Shown here piece by piece: positions 8,794-18,157 of a stretch of DNA of 64,000 bases. Position 1 is the stretch's first letter. Every line of letters begins with the position of its first letter. The notes below the pieces were generated by a model that searched no databases, was not told where the DNA came from, and saw only the letters and a program-made list of their open reading frames with translations. A program made the position numbers and the translations under genes. This stretch comes from Patescibacteria group bacterium (GTDB lineage Bacteria; Patescibacteriota; Patescibacteriia; Buchananbacterales; UBA6539). Location: the NCBI GenBank assembly GCA_034003985.1, contig JAVEXP010000002.1:144789-208788 (forward strand). The letters are read 5' to 3'.

Positions 8794-9198
8794 ATGGAAT
8801 CAAATTGTATTTTTTGTAAAATTATTGCCGGCCAAATTCCTTGCGCCAAGGTTTATGAAGACGATCAAGTCTTGGCTTTTTTGGATATTAATCCGGTCAG
8901 TAAAGGGCATGTTTTGATTGTTCCTAAATCCCATCATTCAATGATGGTTGATACTCCCGACCAGCTGGTGGGTGAGGTTTTCATCAAGGCTAAAACTTTA
9001 ATGAAAACAATTAAGCGGGCGCTGGAAGCTGATTTTGTAATGGTTTCGGTCGTTGGCATTGAAGTACCGCATTTTCATGTTCATCTTATTCCCCGATATT
9101 ACAATGACGGCTTGGCCAACGGTTATCCAACCCAAAAATACGGCGAAGGGGAAATGGATCAATATGTTTCAAAAATTATATCCCAACTTGAATTATGA
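8794..9198 (+). CDS. HIT (histidine triad) family hydrolase
   Basis: Start at ATG 8794 ('MESNCIFCKIIAGQIP...'). Histidine triad present as 'PHFHVHLIPR'. The N-terminal zinc-ribbon-like CxxC is typical of Hint-branch proteins. Confidence 0.85.
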   Translation: MESNCIFCKIIAGQIPCAKVYEDDQVLAFLDINPVSKGHVLIVPKSHHSMMVDTPDQLVGEVFIKAKTLMKTIKRALEADFVMVSVVGIEVPHFHVHLIPRYYNDGLANGYPTQKYGEGEMDQYVSKIISQLEL

Positions 9199-10217
9199 AA
9201 TTATTAGTCACCGGCGGCGCCGGGTTTATCGGTTCTAATTTTATCCGTTATTGGCTTGAAGCCCATCCTCATGACCAAATTGTCAATCTGGATAAATTGA
9301 CTTATGCCGGTAACTTGGAAAATCTGAAAGACCTGGAAGATAGTCCCAACTATAAATTTGTTTTGGGGGATATCACCAGCGCCGATGTAACCGTGCCTTT
9401 GGTTCGGGACTGCGATGCAGTCGTTCATTTTGCCGCCGAGAGTCATGTCGACCGGTCAATCATGGGCGATATCGATTTTATTAAAACCAATGTTTTGGGC
9501 ACTCAAGTTTTGCTCAATGCCGCCAAAAATCACGACAAGCGTTTTCATCATGTTTCAACCGATGAAGTCTATGGTTCGTTGTCATTAGGCGACGGCCAGA
9601 AATTTAATGAACAGACTCCCTACAACCCGCGCAATCCTTATTCGGCTTCCAAGGCCGCGGCTGATCATTTGGTTCGGTCTTATTTCCATACTCACAAACT
9701 TTCGGTAACAATCTCCAATTGTTCAAATAATTTCGGCCCCTATCAATTTCCCGAAAAATTTATTCCTTTGTTGATTACCAATTTATTGGAAGAAAAAAAG
9801 GTTCCGGTTTATGGTGACGGCCTTTATGTCCGTGATTGGCTTTATGTTACCGACCATTGCCGGGCGATTGATTTGATCTTGAATAAAGGTAAAATCGGCG
9901 AGACTTATTGTATCGGTGGTTCGACCGAAGACATTAGTAATTTGGCGGTGGTTAAAAAAGTTCTGGCTTTGTTTGACAAAGATGAAAGCATGATTGCCCA
10001 TGTTGCTGACCGGCCCGGCCATGATCGGCGCTACGCCATTGATTGGCATAAGGCTAAAATTGAACTTGGCTATGAACCGCAGCATAATTTTGACGCTTAT
10101 CTGGCCGAAACGGTTCAGTGGTATCAGGCTAATCGGGATTGGTGGCAGAAGGTTAAAAGTGGCGAGTATAAAGAATATTATCAAAAGCAATACGGAGGGA
10201 CGACAATTAATGACTGA
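9195..10217 (+). CDS. rfbB: dTDP-glucose 4,6-dehydratase
   Basis: 340 aa. 'MKLLVTGGAGFIGSNF' Rossmann motif; catalytic 'YSASKAAADHL' (YxxxK); 'DEVYG' motif. Confidence 0.9.
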   Translation: MKLLVTGGAGFIGSNFIRYWLEAHPHDQIVNLDKLTYAGNLENLKDLEDSPNYKFVLGDITSADVTVPLVRDCDAVVHFAAESHVDRSIMGDIDFIKTNVLGTQVLLNAAKNHDKRFHHVSTDEVYGSLSLGDGQKFNEQTPYNPRNPYSASKAAADHLVRSYFHTHKLSVTISNCSNNFGPYQFPEKFIPLLITNLLEEKKVPVYGDGLYVRDWLYVTDHCRAIDLILNKGKIGETYCIGGSTEDISNLAVVKKVLALFDKDESMIAHVADRPGHDRRYAIDWHKAKIELGYEPQHNFDAYLAETVQWYQANRDWWQKVKSGEYKEYYQKQYGGTTIND

Positions 10218-10890
10218 AATGCAGATTCTTGAGCGGATTTATCCTTCGGTGGTAACTTTTTTAGGCAACTGGCGTCAGATGATTAAGGATGTTAAACGCT
10301 TGAAGCTGATGACAATCTCTTTATTTCTGACCGGAGTGGCTATTAATGATCGAAAAAAAATTTACCAACTGCTTGAAGAAACCTCAGTAAAAACTATCCC
10401 TCATATTCATGCCCGCCATGATATGAAGGAATGGGAATTAGATTATTTGGTTTCACGATTCAAAACCAAAGTTATCACTATCCATTATCAGCATCTGAAA
10501 AATTTTAAAAATTCAAAACACCTCAAAAAGATTTTTATTGAAAATAACGACCATAAAAGCCGAATCAGGAACTTTGAGACTCTAAAAAAGTGCGGCGGCG
10601 TGTGCATTGATCTTTCCCATTTTCAATATTATAAGAATATTGGTTCAAAGCAGTATGAAATATCCCGACAACTAGTGGCCAGCTTTAAAGTCGGCTGTAA
10701 TCATTTGAGTGCGATTTTACCTAACGGTTTTAGTCATCATTGTGCTGCTGATGCTACCCAGCTTGATTATGTAGCCATGATTCCTAGAAAATATTTTTCC
10801 CGTTATATCAACATTGAATTGGCTAATCCAATCAGAGAACAGTTAAAATTCAGAAAACACCTTGCTAAATTATTAGCTAAAGCCTGGTAA
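10210..10890 (+). CDS. hypothetical protein, possibly TIM-barrel-like (His/Asp/Glu-rich), embedded in the rml cluster
   Basis: Start set at ATG 10210 ('MTEMQIL'); the longer upstream ORF extension overlaps rfbB in another frame. No motif confidently recognised. Confidence 0.4.
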   Translation: MTEMQILERIYPSVVTFLGNWRQMIKDVKRLKLMTISLFLTGVAINDRKKIYQLLEETSVKTIPHIHARHDMKEWELDYLVSRFKTKVITIHYQHLKNFKNSKHLKKIFIENNDHKSRIRNFETLKKCGGVCIDLSHFQYYKNIGSKQYEISRQLVASFKVGCNHLSAILPNGFSHHCAADATQLDYVAMIPRKYFSRYINIELANPIREQLKFRKHLAKLLAKAW

Positions 10891-10892
10891 AT

Positions 10893-10926
10893 TGTCATTT
10901 TGAGCGAAGCGAAGAATCTCTGACAA
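10893..10926. repeat. isolated copy of the TGTCAT(C/T)(C/T)TGAGCGAAGCGAAG(G/A)ATCT repeat
   Basis: TGTCATTTTGAGCGAAGCGAAGAATCTCTGACA lies immediately after the stop of the preceding gene. It has inverted TGTCA...TGACA ends and is near-identical to the copy at 3639. Confidence 0.65.
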
Positions 10927-10972
10927 AATTTATGTTTGTTGGGGCTTGGTTGAAATGACATAATAATGTAAT

Positions 10973-11815
10973 ATGGAACAAAAAGTTTTAATCTTGGGAG
11001 CAAATGGGATGTTGGGTCATGATTTGTCCCGGGTTTTTGCCAATCAAAATCCATTTCTTTGGGATCAGACTGATTTAGATATTACAGATCAAATCGCCGT
11101 CGAAAAAAAACTCGCTGACCTACACCCGACGGTTATTATTAACGCCGCGGCTTACACCAATGTTGATGGCGCGGAAACCGATGCTCAAGCTGCTTTTAAA
11201 ATCAATGCTGATGCGGTTGGTTATTTGGCTCAAACCGCCCAAACACTTGGTGCGATATTGGTTCATTTCAGTACGGAATATGTTTTTGACGGTAAAAATA
11301 AAACTGGTTATCGTGAAGACAGCCAAATCGGCCCGCTTAATGTTTACGGCCATTCCAAAGTCAGCGGTGAGGAATTGCTTATTAAAAATTGCGAAATGTA
11401 TTACTTAATCCGGAGTTCCTGGCTGTATGGCCACTCGCCGCAAATTGGCAAACCTCGAGGCTTGAATTTTGTTGAAACTATGTTAAAATTAGCTGCTGAG
11501 GGAAGACCTCTTAAAGTGGTTAATGACCAGTTCGGCAGTCCGACTTATACCGTTGATTTGGCGCTTCAAACCCGTAATATTATTGAACAGTTTAAGCCAT
11601 GCGGTATTTACCATGTGACCAACTCCGGGGTTTGCAGCTGGTATGATTTTGCCGCTGAAGTTTTTAAACTGAAAGGTTTGGCCGTTGATTTGCAGCCGAT
11701 TAAATCGCAAGATTATCCGCTGGCCACCAGCCGCCCGCAGTATTCGATTTTATTAAATACTAAGTTGGATCCATTGCGATCCTGGAACGATGCTTTAAAA
11801 GATTATTTGCAATAA
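10973..11815 (+). CDS. rmlD: dTDP-4-dehydrorhamnose reductase
   Basis: 280 aa. N-terminal 'VLILGANGMLGHDL' and 'HFSTEYVFDG' match the RmlD (short-chain SDR) pattern; pathway context. Confidence 0.85.
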   Translation: MEQKVLILGANGMLGHDLSRVFANQNPFLWDQTDLDITDQIAVEKKLADLHPTVIINAAAYTNVDGAETDAQAAFKINADAVGYLAQTAQTLGAILVHFSTEYVFDGKNKTGYREDSQIGPLNVYGHSKVSGEELLIKNCEMYYLIRSSWLYGHSPQIGKPRGLNFVETMLKLAAEGRPLKVVNDQFGSPTYTVDLALQTRNIIEQFKPCGIYHVTNSGVCSWYDFAAEVFKLKGLAVDLQPIKSQDYPLATSRPQYSILLNTKLDPLRSWNDALKDYLQ

Positions 11816-11817
11816 TT

Positions 11818-12534
11818 ATGAAGGGAATAATTTTAGCCGGGGGAACCGGATCACGCCTTGACCCTTTAACTCGGGTAACCAACAAACATCTTTTACCGGT
11901 TTATAATAAACCGATGATTTATTATCCGATTGCCACTTTGGTTAAGGCCGGAATTAAGGATATTATGATTGTTTCCGGCAAGGGCCATGCTGGTCAGTTT
12001 TTGGAATTGTTGAAATCGGGTAAGGAGTTTGGCGCCAGATTTTCTTATGCCGTTCAGGAAGAAGCCGGCGGCATTGCTCAGGCTTTGAGTCTTTGCAATG
12101 ATTTTGCTGACAATGAAAAAATTGTAGTAATGCTTGGTGATAATATTTTGGAAGATGATATCGGCAAGGCTGCCAGGGATTTTGATAATCAGGCTTCCGG
12201 CGCCAAAATTTTTTTGAAAGAAGTTGCTAATCCAAAATCTTTCGGTGTGGCCGAAATTAACGGCGCCAAAATTACCAGCATTGAAGAAAAACCAGAAAAC
12301 CCAAAAAGCAATTTAGCCGTCATTGGGGTTTATATGTATGACGCCCAAGTTTGGGAGGCCGTTAAAAATTTAAAACCCTCTGGTCGGGGGGAGTTGGAAA
12401 TTACCGATGTCAATAATTTTTATGTCAGTAAAGAAGAAATGACTTTTGAAATTTTAAAAGGTTGGTGGGGAGACGGGGGAGAATCATTTGACAGTTTGCT
12501 TCAAGCCGGTAATCTGGCGGCCCAGAAGAAATAG
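11818..12534 (+). CDS. sugar-1-phosphate nucleotidyltransferase (short-form RmlA-like)
   Basis: 238 aa. 'MKGIILAGGTGSRLDPLT' is the canonical G-x-G-T-R-L nucleotidyltransferase motif. It starts 3 nt after rmlD. Confidence 0.75.
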   Translation: MKGIILAGGTGSRLDPLTRVTNKHLLPVYNKPMIYYPIATLVKAGIKDIMIVSGKGHAGQFLELLKSGKEFGARFSYAVQEEAGGIAQALSLCNDFADNEKIVVMLGDNILEDDIGKAARDFDNQASGAKIFLKEVANPKSFGVAEINGAKITSIEEKPENPKSNLAVIGVYMYDAQVWEAVKNLKPSGRGELEITDVNNFYVSKEEMTFEILKGWWGDGGESFDSLLQAGNLAAQKK

Positions 12535-13908
12535 CTATTGAATTTCCAGTTTAAAAATGCCGGTTTTTGAACCGATGACACCGTTGAAATAGATATTGCT
12601 GCCAGTGTCATCAGTTGCAATATTGCTGATAGTATTCGTTTGAGTCAATTGTAAATCATTTTTAACTTCATCTACCCAGAGTTCAATAATCCTAATTTCA
12701 TTTTCGGTTTGATAGATCAGATAGCTATTGCCGGGAAGCCAAATGGCGTTATCAATCGCCGAACCATATCTGGTAATTAAATCTTTTTGACCGGTTTCCG
12801 GATTGAAAGTCCAAATCTCAAAATCGGTGTAATACAACAACCGATTTTTGTTTTTGTTCCAAATTATTTTTTTGGCCCGATCTTGAAGGATGATTTCTTG
12901 GCTGATATCTTGTGTTTCAAAAGCTGACGATTTAACAATAAACAGATCGTTGGTTTTTTGATCAAGCAATACCAGAAAATTGTTATTACCCACCTGAATA
13001 TTGAATTTTGATGGCGCTGGTAGTTTTATTTTTTGTGGTTCGGTGGCTTCTCGTCCTTGGATTGTCGTTCGATTCAAAAACATCTCATTAGCCAATTCGT
13101 TAATATAAAAAATTTGGTCATTGGTTACGGCAAAATCGGTAATGTTGGCTGACAATATCGGACTGGTATTATTTTCCGCCAAGTTAATTTGATAAAGCAC
13201 TTCCTGGCGCCGGCCGTACAAAAAAGCGTCGTTGGTTTTATCCCAGCTGATTTTGTCAAAATTAAGACTGGTAATATCAAACAGATCCTTGGTTTTTAGA
13301 GTGTCAACATCAAATATCAAATATTTATTGAAGTCACCGACCAGCTGTCTGATTACTATTTTTTGCTGGCTTGGTGACCATTCAATGAACTCAAGTTGAT
13401 TGTAGGTTTTTTTATCAAGTACGGCAACTAAAAAATCATCGCCGGTTTTGATATTCAACAGTCTTAATTCCGCCATTTCCGCCTTATCTAGTGAATAGAA
13501 TATTTTTTCTTTGTTTGGTGATATTTCAAAAATTATGATTTGGCCTTCGACTAGGCTTATCGGCAGGGTTTGTTTGAAGAGGATAATATTTTTGGCAAAA
13601 GTCGTCAGACCACTTTGAACTTCCAGCTCTTTTTGCCAGGAATAGTAACCTTGTTTTTGGACAGTTATTTGGTAGCTTTCCGGTAACATTCGGGAAAATC
13701 TTTTGGGAGTTTTTCCGGCCGGTTCATTATTGATGTAGATTTCTGATCCCTTTGGTTTGGAATCAATGTATATTATGCCGGTTTTTTCCAGTCGGCCGGT
13801 TTTAAAGTTATATTTAAATCCGCTGGCGTATAAACTAATAATTGGCGCAATGATCAAAAAAGCGGCGATAAAACTTAGGTAGATTAATCTTCGGTATTTT
13901 AATTTCAT
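12535..13908 (-). CDS. membrane-anchored PEGA-domain / beta-propeller-like protein
   Basis: 457 aa with an N-terminal TM segment. 'KPKGSEIYINNEPAGKTPKRF' resembles a PEGA domain. The remainder is rich in beta-strand repeats. Confidence 0.5.
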   Translation of the reverse strand: MKLKYRRLIYLSFIAAFLIIAPIISLYASGFKYNFKTGRLEKTGIIYIDSKPKGSEIYINNEPAGKTPKRFSRMLPESYQITVQKQGYYSWQKELEVQSGLTTFAKNIILFKQTLPISLVEGQIIIFEISPNKEKIFYSLDKAEMAELRLLNIKTGDDFLVAVLDKKTYNQLEFIEWSPSQQKIVIRQLVGDFNKYLIFDVDTLKTKDLFDITSLNFDKISWDKTNDAFLYGRRQEVLYQINLAENNTSPILSANITDFAVTNDQIFYINELANEMFLNRTTIQGREATEPQKIKLPAPSKFNIQVGNNNFLVLLDQKTNDLFIVKSSAFETQDISQEIILQDRAKKIIWNKNKNRLLYYTDFEIWTFNPETGQKDLITRYGSAIDNAIWLPGNSYLIYQTENEIRIIELWVDEVKNDLQLTQTNTISNIATDDTGSNIYFNGVIGSKTGIFKLEIQ

Positions 13909-13998
13909 CTCTTGGCTTGTAAAAAATGGATAAAAATTGTAAACTTAATAAGTCTAATATACCTTAATTTCGCAAAAATTTCCAGTCCCCATATATTT

Positions 13999-15303
13999 AT
14001 GAGCAGTTACTTAATTGAAGGCGGCCATCATCTAAAAGGCGTGCTCACCACCAACACTTCAAAAAACGCGGCAGTGGTATTACTGAACGCGGCGCTTTTG
14101 AATAAGGGCAAAACGGTTTTGCACAATGTCGCCAGAATTGAAGAAGTAAATCGGATTATGGAAGTGCTTTCGAGCATCGGGGTTGATATCGCCTGGATTA
14201 ATAAAACTGATATTGCCATTAAACCGCCAAAGAATTATCGGCTTGATCGAATTAATTATGAATCGGCCATTAAAACTCGAAGTATTTTATTTTTGTTGTC
14301 GGTTTTGATTCACGATAAAAAAATTTTTCGGATTCCGCAACCGGGTGGTTGTCGGCTGGGCAAGCGAACGGTTCTACCTCATTTGTTTGCTTTGGAAAAT
14401 TTTGGCGTCAAGATTGAAACCGAGCGCAAACATTATTTGGTTAAGTCGGGAAAACTTTATTCGGCCGGCGAAATTGTCCTTTATGAATCCGGCGACACCG
14501 TTACGGAAAATGCCATTATGGCCGCCGCCAGGATTCCTGGCAAGACAGTCATCAAATTTGCTTCAGCTAATTATCAGGTTCAGGATCTTTGTTATTTTCT
14601 ACAAAAATTAGGAGTGAAAATTAAAGGGATTGGCACTACCACTTTGGAAATTGAAGGGCGTAAATCAATCAATCGAGATATTGCTTATTATGTCAGCGAA
14701 GACCCGATTGAAGCGATGTTGTTTATCTCAATTGCGGCTACCACCAATTCCATTTTGACAATCAAGCGTTGTCCGATTGAATTTCTAAAATTGGAGCTTT
14801 TAAAATTGGCAAAAATGGGCTTTGACTATGAAATCGTCAAACGCTATAAAGCCAAAAATGGCCATACGGAGCTGGTCGATTTAAAAACCCATCCCAGCAA
14901 GCTCAGCGCTTTGGAGGAAAAAATTTACGCCCGACCGTTTCCTGGTTTGAATATCGACAACCTGCCGTTTTTCGTGCCGATTGCCACCCAAGCTAAAGGC
15001 GAAACTTTGATTTTTGATTGGGTCTATGAAAATCGGGCGATTTATTACACCGAACTAAATAAGCTTGGTGCCAAAGTGATACTAGCTGATCCTCATCGGG
15101 TTTATATCGCCGGTCCGTCAAAATTGCGGGCCAACGAGATTGTCTGTCCGCCCGCCTTGCGTCCGTCGGTGATTATTCTGGTTGCCATGTTGGCCGCCAA
15201 GGGTCAATCAATTTTACGGAATGTTTATTCAATTGAGCGAGGTTACCAGGATCTGTGTTCACGGTTGTCCAAGGTCGGCGCTAAAATAAAATCTATTGAT
15301 TAA
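13999..15303 (+). CDS. murA: UDP-N-acetylglucosamine 1-carboxyvinyltransferase
   Basis: Start set at ATG 13999 ('MSSYLIEGGHHLKGVL...'). EPSP-synthase-fold repeats; length ~434 aa; active-site loop Cys region 'PGGCRLGKR'. Confidence 0.8.
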   Translation: MSSYLIEGGHHLKGVLTTNTSKNAAVVLLNAALLNKGKTVLHNVARIEEVNRIMEVLSSIGVDIAWINKTDIAIKPPKNYRLDRINYESAIKTRSILFLLSVLIHDKKIFRIPQPGGCRLGKRTVLPHLFALENFGVKIETERKHYLVKSGKLYSAGEIVLYESGDTVTENAIMAAARIPGKTVIKFASANYQVQDLCYFLQKLGVKIKGIGTTTLEIEGRKSINRDIAYYVSEDPIEAMLFISIAATTNSILTIKRCPIEFLKLELLKLAKMGFDYEIVKRYKAKNGHTELVDLKTHPSKLSALEEKIYARPFPGLNIDNLPFFVPIATQAKGETLIFDWVYENRAIYYTELNKLGAKVILADPHRVYIAGPSKLRANEIVCPPALRPSVIILVAMLAAKGQSILRNVYSIERGYQDLCSRLSKVGAKIKSID

Positions 15304-15317
15304 CTCAAATAAATAAA

Positions 15318-16637
15318 ATGTCTTTTGAGGATCAAAATCAAACATCAAAATATCCCAAAAAATTGAATCGGACGATTGTCGGTTATATCTTAGTCTCGGC
15401 GATTGTTTTGGTTTTCGGCCTTGGTTTTATTGTTGGTCAGATCGCCGGTTTTAAATATGATTTGAAAATAATTGATTCGGCCAAATCGCAGCCGGGCGAG
15501 GTTTTAAACGAGGAAAAAATTCCTGAATATTTGTCTCAGGATGTCGATTTTCAACAATTTTGGCAGACTTGGGATTACATTAAAAGCAATTATGTCAAAT
15601 CCGATATTGCCGATACTCAATTGTTTTATGGTGCCTTGGCTGGCTTGGTGGCTTCACTTGGTGATCCTTATTCGGTTTTCTTTAATCCCGAAATTTCCCA
15701 GGAGTTTGAACAAGAGCTTTCGGGGAGTTTTGAAGGCATTGGTGCGGAAATCGGTATTAAGCATGACCAATTGACCATTATCGCGCCTTTGAAAGATACG
15801 CCGGCATACCGCGCCGGGCTCAAGGCCGGTGATAAAATTTTGGCCATTGATGGTTATGATACCAGAGGCATAGCTACCGATTACGCCGTCAGCATTATTC
15901 GTGGCAAAAAGGGTACATCGGTAACATTGACGATCATGAGTGAGAACGATGAAGGACCGCGGGAAGTTTCAATCGTTCGCGATACCATTGAAATTGACAG
16001 CGTGATTGCAACCAGTAAAGATTCTGAAGGTCATAACGAAGGTGATCAGGGGTTTTCAATGAAAGACGGTCGGATTGCTTATATTGAATTACGCTGGTTT
16101 AACGAAAATACTTTAGCCGATTGGAACAAGACTATCCAAGCGGTTTTGGCGCAAAATCCCAATGGTATTATTTTGGATTTGCGCAATAATCCCGGCGGCT
16201 TTTTGAGCACCGCCATTGATATCGCCGGTGAATGGGTGGATGGCAAAGATGTGGTCTTGGAAAAATTGCGCAGCGGGGTGACGACTGCTCACCACAGTAA
16301 TCGCCAGCCTCGATTGGTTGATATTCCGACGGTGGTCTTGGTTAACGGTGGCAGTGCTTCCGGTTCGGAAATCGTAGCCGGTGCGTTGCAAGATTACAGA
16401 GTGGCCACGATTGTCGGGGAAACCACTTTTGGCAAAGGATCAGTCCAAGACCTTAAGCAATTTTCTGACGGTTCCTCGGTTAAGCTGACAATTGCCGAAT
16501 GGCTGACACCTTTGGGGCGCAGTATTAATGAACAAGGTATTGCCCCGGATATTGAGATTGAATTAACCAAAGAAGATTACGATAATGATCATGATCCGCA
16601 ATTAGCTAAAGCTCTTGAAATTTTGCGGTCAAAATAA
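15318..16637 (+). CDS. ctpA: carboxyl-terminal processing protease (S41, PDZ-containing)
   Basis: 439 aa with a signal anchor and a PDZ region ('GLKAGDKILAIDG'). The S41 catalytic region 'LVNGGSASGSEIVAGAL' and 'TFGKGSVQ' (Ser/Lys dyad) is present. Confidence 0.85.
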   Translation: MSFEDQNQTSKYPKKLNRTIVGYILVSAIVLVFGLGFIVGQIAGFKYDLKIIDSAKSQPGEVLNEEKIPEYLSQDVDFQQFWQTWDYIKSNYVKSDIADTQLFYGALAGLVASLGDPYSVFFNPEISQEFEQELSGSFEGIGAEIGIKHDQLTIIAPLKDTPAYRAGLKAGDKILAIDGYDTRGIATDYAVSIIRGKKGTSVTLTIMSENDEGPREVSIVRDTIEIDSVIATSKDSEGHNEGDQGFSMKDGRIAYIELRWFNENTLADWNKTIQAVLAQNPNGIILDLRNNPGGFLSTAIDIAGEWVDGKDVVLEKLRSGVTTAHHSNRQPRLVDIPTVVLVNGGSASGSEIVAGALQDYRVATIVGETTFGKGSVQDLKQFSDGSSVKLTIAEWLTPLGRSINEQGIAPDIEIELTKEDYDNDHDPQLAKALEILRSK

Positions 16638-16648
16638 AATATTGTTAT

Positions 16649-18157
16649 ATGCCCAAGGGAATAAAGTGGGAAGTCATCGCTCATGAATATGTCGTTAGTT
16701 TATTCCCGGTTTTTATGTTGGTTGACGGTATTTTTGTTGGCATTAAAAAGCATCTGGGAGTTGCCGTGGAAATGGCCGAAGTAATTACCGGTAACACCAC
16801 TACTCATTGCTATCAATTAAAAACTTGGGATCAGGCTCATCGGGCGCTAGTTGCCAGAATAAAAGGTAAGCCGGAAATTTTGAAAAAGTTTTTTCTGGCA
16901 ATGGTCCGTGATGGTAAAAGGCAGGTAGCTTATACTAAAAAAGTTTTCCGATTAAACCTAGCTAAAACCTCTAATCGGCAACTGAATAATTATTATCAAA
17001 AGTATTGTAGTTTGAATACTGATTTTTATGCTGTTGGTTTAATTTTACCGTTGTTGGATTTTCAAAAAACTACTTTTTTGTCCGATGAAGTGTCTAAAAT
17101 TTTAAAACATCGTCGGGCGATAAATTATTTCAGCCTGTTGACTACGCCGCTGACCGACAGTTTTAATAAAATTCAGGAGTTGAATTTATTGAGTATTTTG
17201 GTTGATATCAAAAAGAAAAAAAAGGTGTTTGGTTTATTTAAAGAATATAGTAGCCGGGAAATTGTTGATTTGTTGCCAAAGTTGGATAAAGATAGTTGGC
17301 AAAAAATCAGACGGCACGCTAAAAAATACGCCTGGGTACATTATGTTTATCAAGGACCGGCGGGTGATGAGGCTTATTTTATTGACTTCATCCGCGATTT
17401 TATCCGTCGAAAAATTGATCCCAAAAAAGAAATTCTAAATCATCGCCAAGCTAAAGAAGTGCTAGCTCGCCGCCAAAACGAGCTTTATCAAAAGCTTAAG
17501 CTCACCAGATATGAAAAACAGATTTTATTGTTGGCTCGTGATGCCGTTTACTATAAAATCTATCGCCGGGATATGCAATCGGCTTCCTATTATTATTTGG
17601 AGCCACTTTTATTGGAAATCGGCCGTCGGCTTGGATTGTCGATTAGGCAGGTCAGAATGATGTTGCCCGAAGAAATCGCCGCTGGTTTAATTGATAATAA
17701 AGTTGATTATGACGAGATTAACAGCCGGTTGAAGTTTTTGGTTTATTATCGTTTGGGTAAAACCAGAAAAATTTTGTCCGGTGTTAAAGCTAAAGAATTT
17801 TCTAAAAATGTTAAGATCGAAAAAGTTAACAAAAATATTTCTGAATTTACCGGCGCGACCGCTCAAACCGGAAAAGCCAAGGGGCGAGTTAAAATAATTA
17901 ATTCCCCCGAAGAGATGACTAAAATGAGCAAGGGTGATATTCTGGTTTCCGGAGCAACTAATCCTAATTTAATGCCGGCCATTAGGCAGGCTTCAGCGAT
18001 TGTCACCGACGAGGGTGGCCTGACTTGTCACGCGGCCATCGTCAGTCGGGAGCTGAAAATTCCGTGCGTGGTAGGAACTAATTTTGCCACTAAAGTTTTA
18101 AAGGACGGCGATACGGTGGAAGTTGACGCCAAAAGCGGTTTGGTCAAAAAAATATGA
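16649..18157 (+). CDS. paralog 1: helical N-region + PEP-utilising-enzyme mobile (phosphohistidine swivel) domain
   Basis: 502 aa. C-terminus '[66 protein letters not shown]' matches the PEP-utilizers His domain, with catalytic His in T-C-H. The N-region has no PpsA-like TIM barrel. Confidence 0.8.
   Translation: MPKGIKWEVIAHEYVVSLFPVFMLVDGIFVGIKKHLGVAVEMAEVITGNTTTHCYQLKTWDQAHRALVARIKGKPEILKKFFLAMVRDGKRQVAYTKKVFRLNLAKTSNRQLNNYYQKYCSLNTDFYAVGLILPLLDFQKTTFLSDEVSKILKHRRAINYFSLLTTPLTDSFNKIQELNLLSILVDIKKKKKVFGLFKEYSSREIVDLLPKLDKDSWQKIRRHAKKYAWVHYVYQGPAGDEAYFIDFIRDFIRRKIDPKKEILNHRQAKEVLARRQNELYQKLKLTRYEKQILLLARDAVYYKIYRRDMQSASYYYLEPLLLEIGRRLGLSIRQVRMMLPEEIAAGLIDNKVDYDEINSRLKFLVYYRLGKTRKILSGVKAKEFSKNVKIEKVNKNISEFTGATAQTGKAKGRVKIINSPEEMTKMSKGDILVSGATNPNLMPAIRQASAIVTDEGGLTCHAAIVSRELKIPCVVGTNFATKVLKDGDTVEVDAKSGLVKKI

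Noticed and set aside
9994-10209. N-terminal 72-codon extension of ORF 9994..10890 overlapping the end of rfbB
   Set aside because: The extension is read in another frame through the conserved rfbB C-terminus and is low-complexity. An internal ATG at 10210, immediately at the rfbB stop, gives a coupled start.
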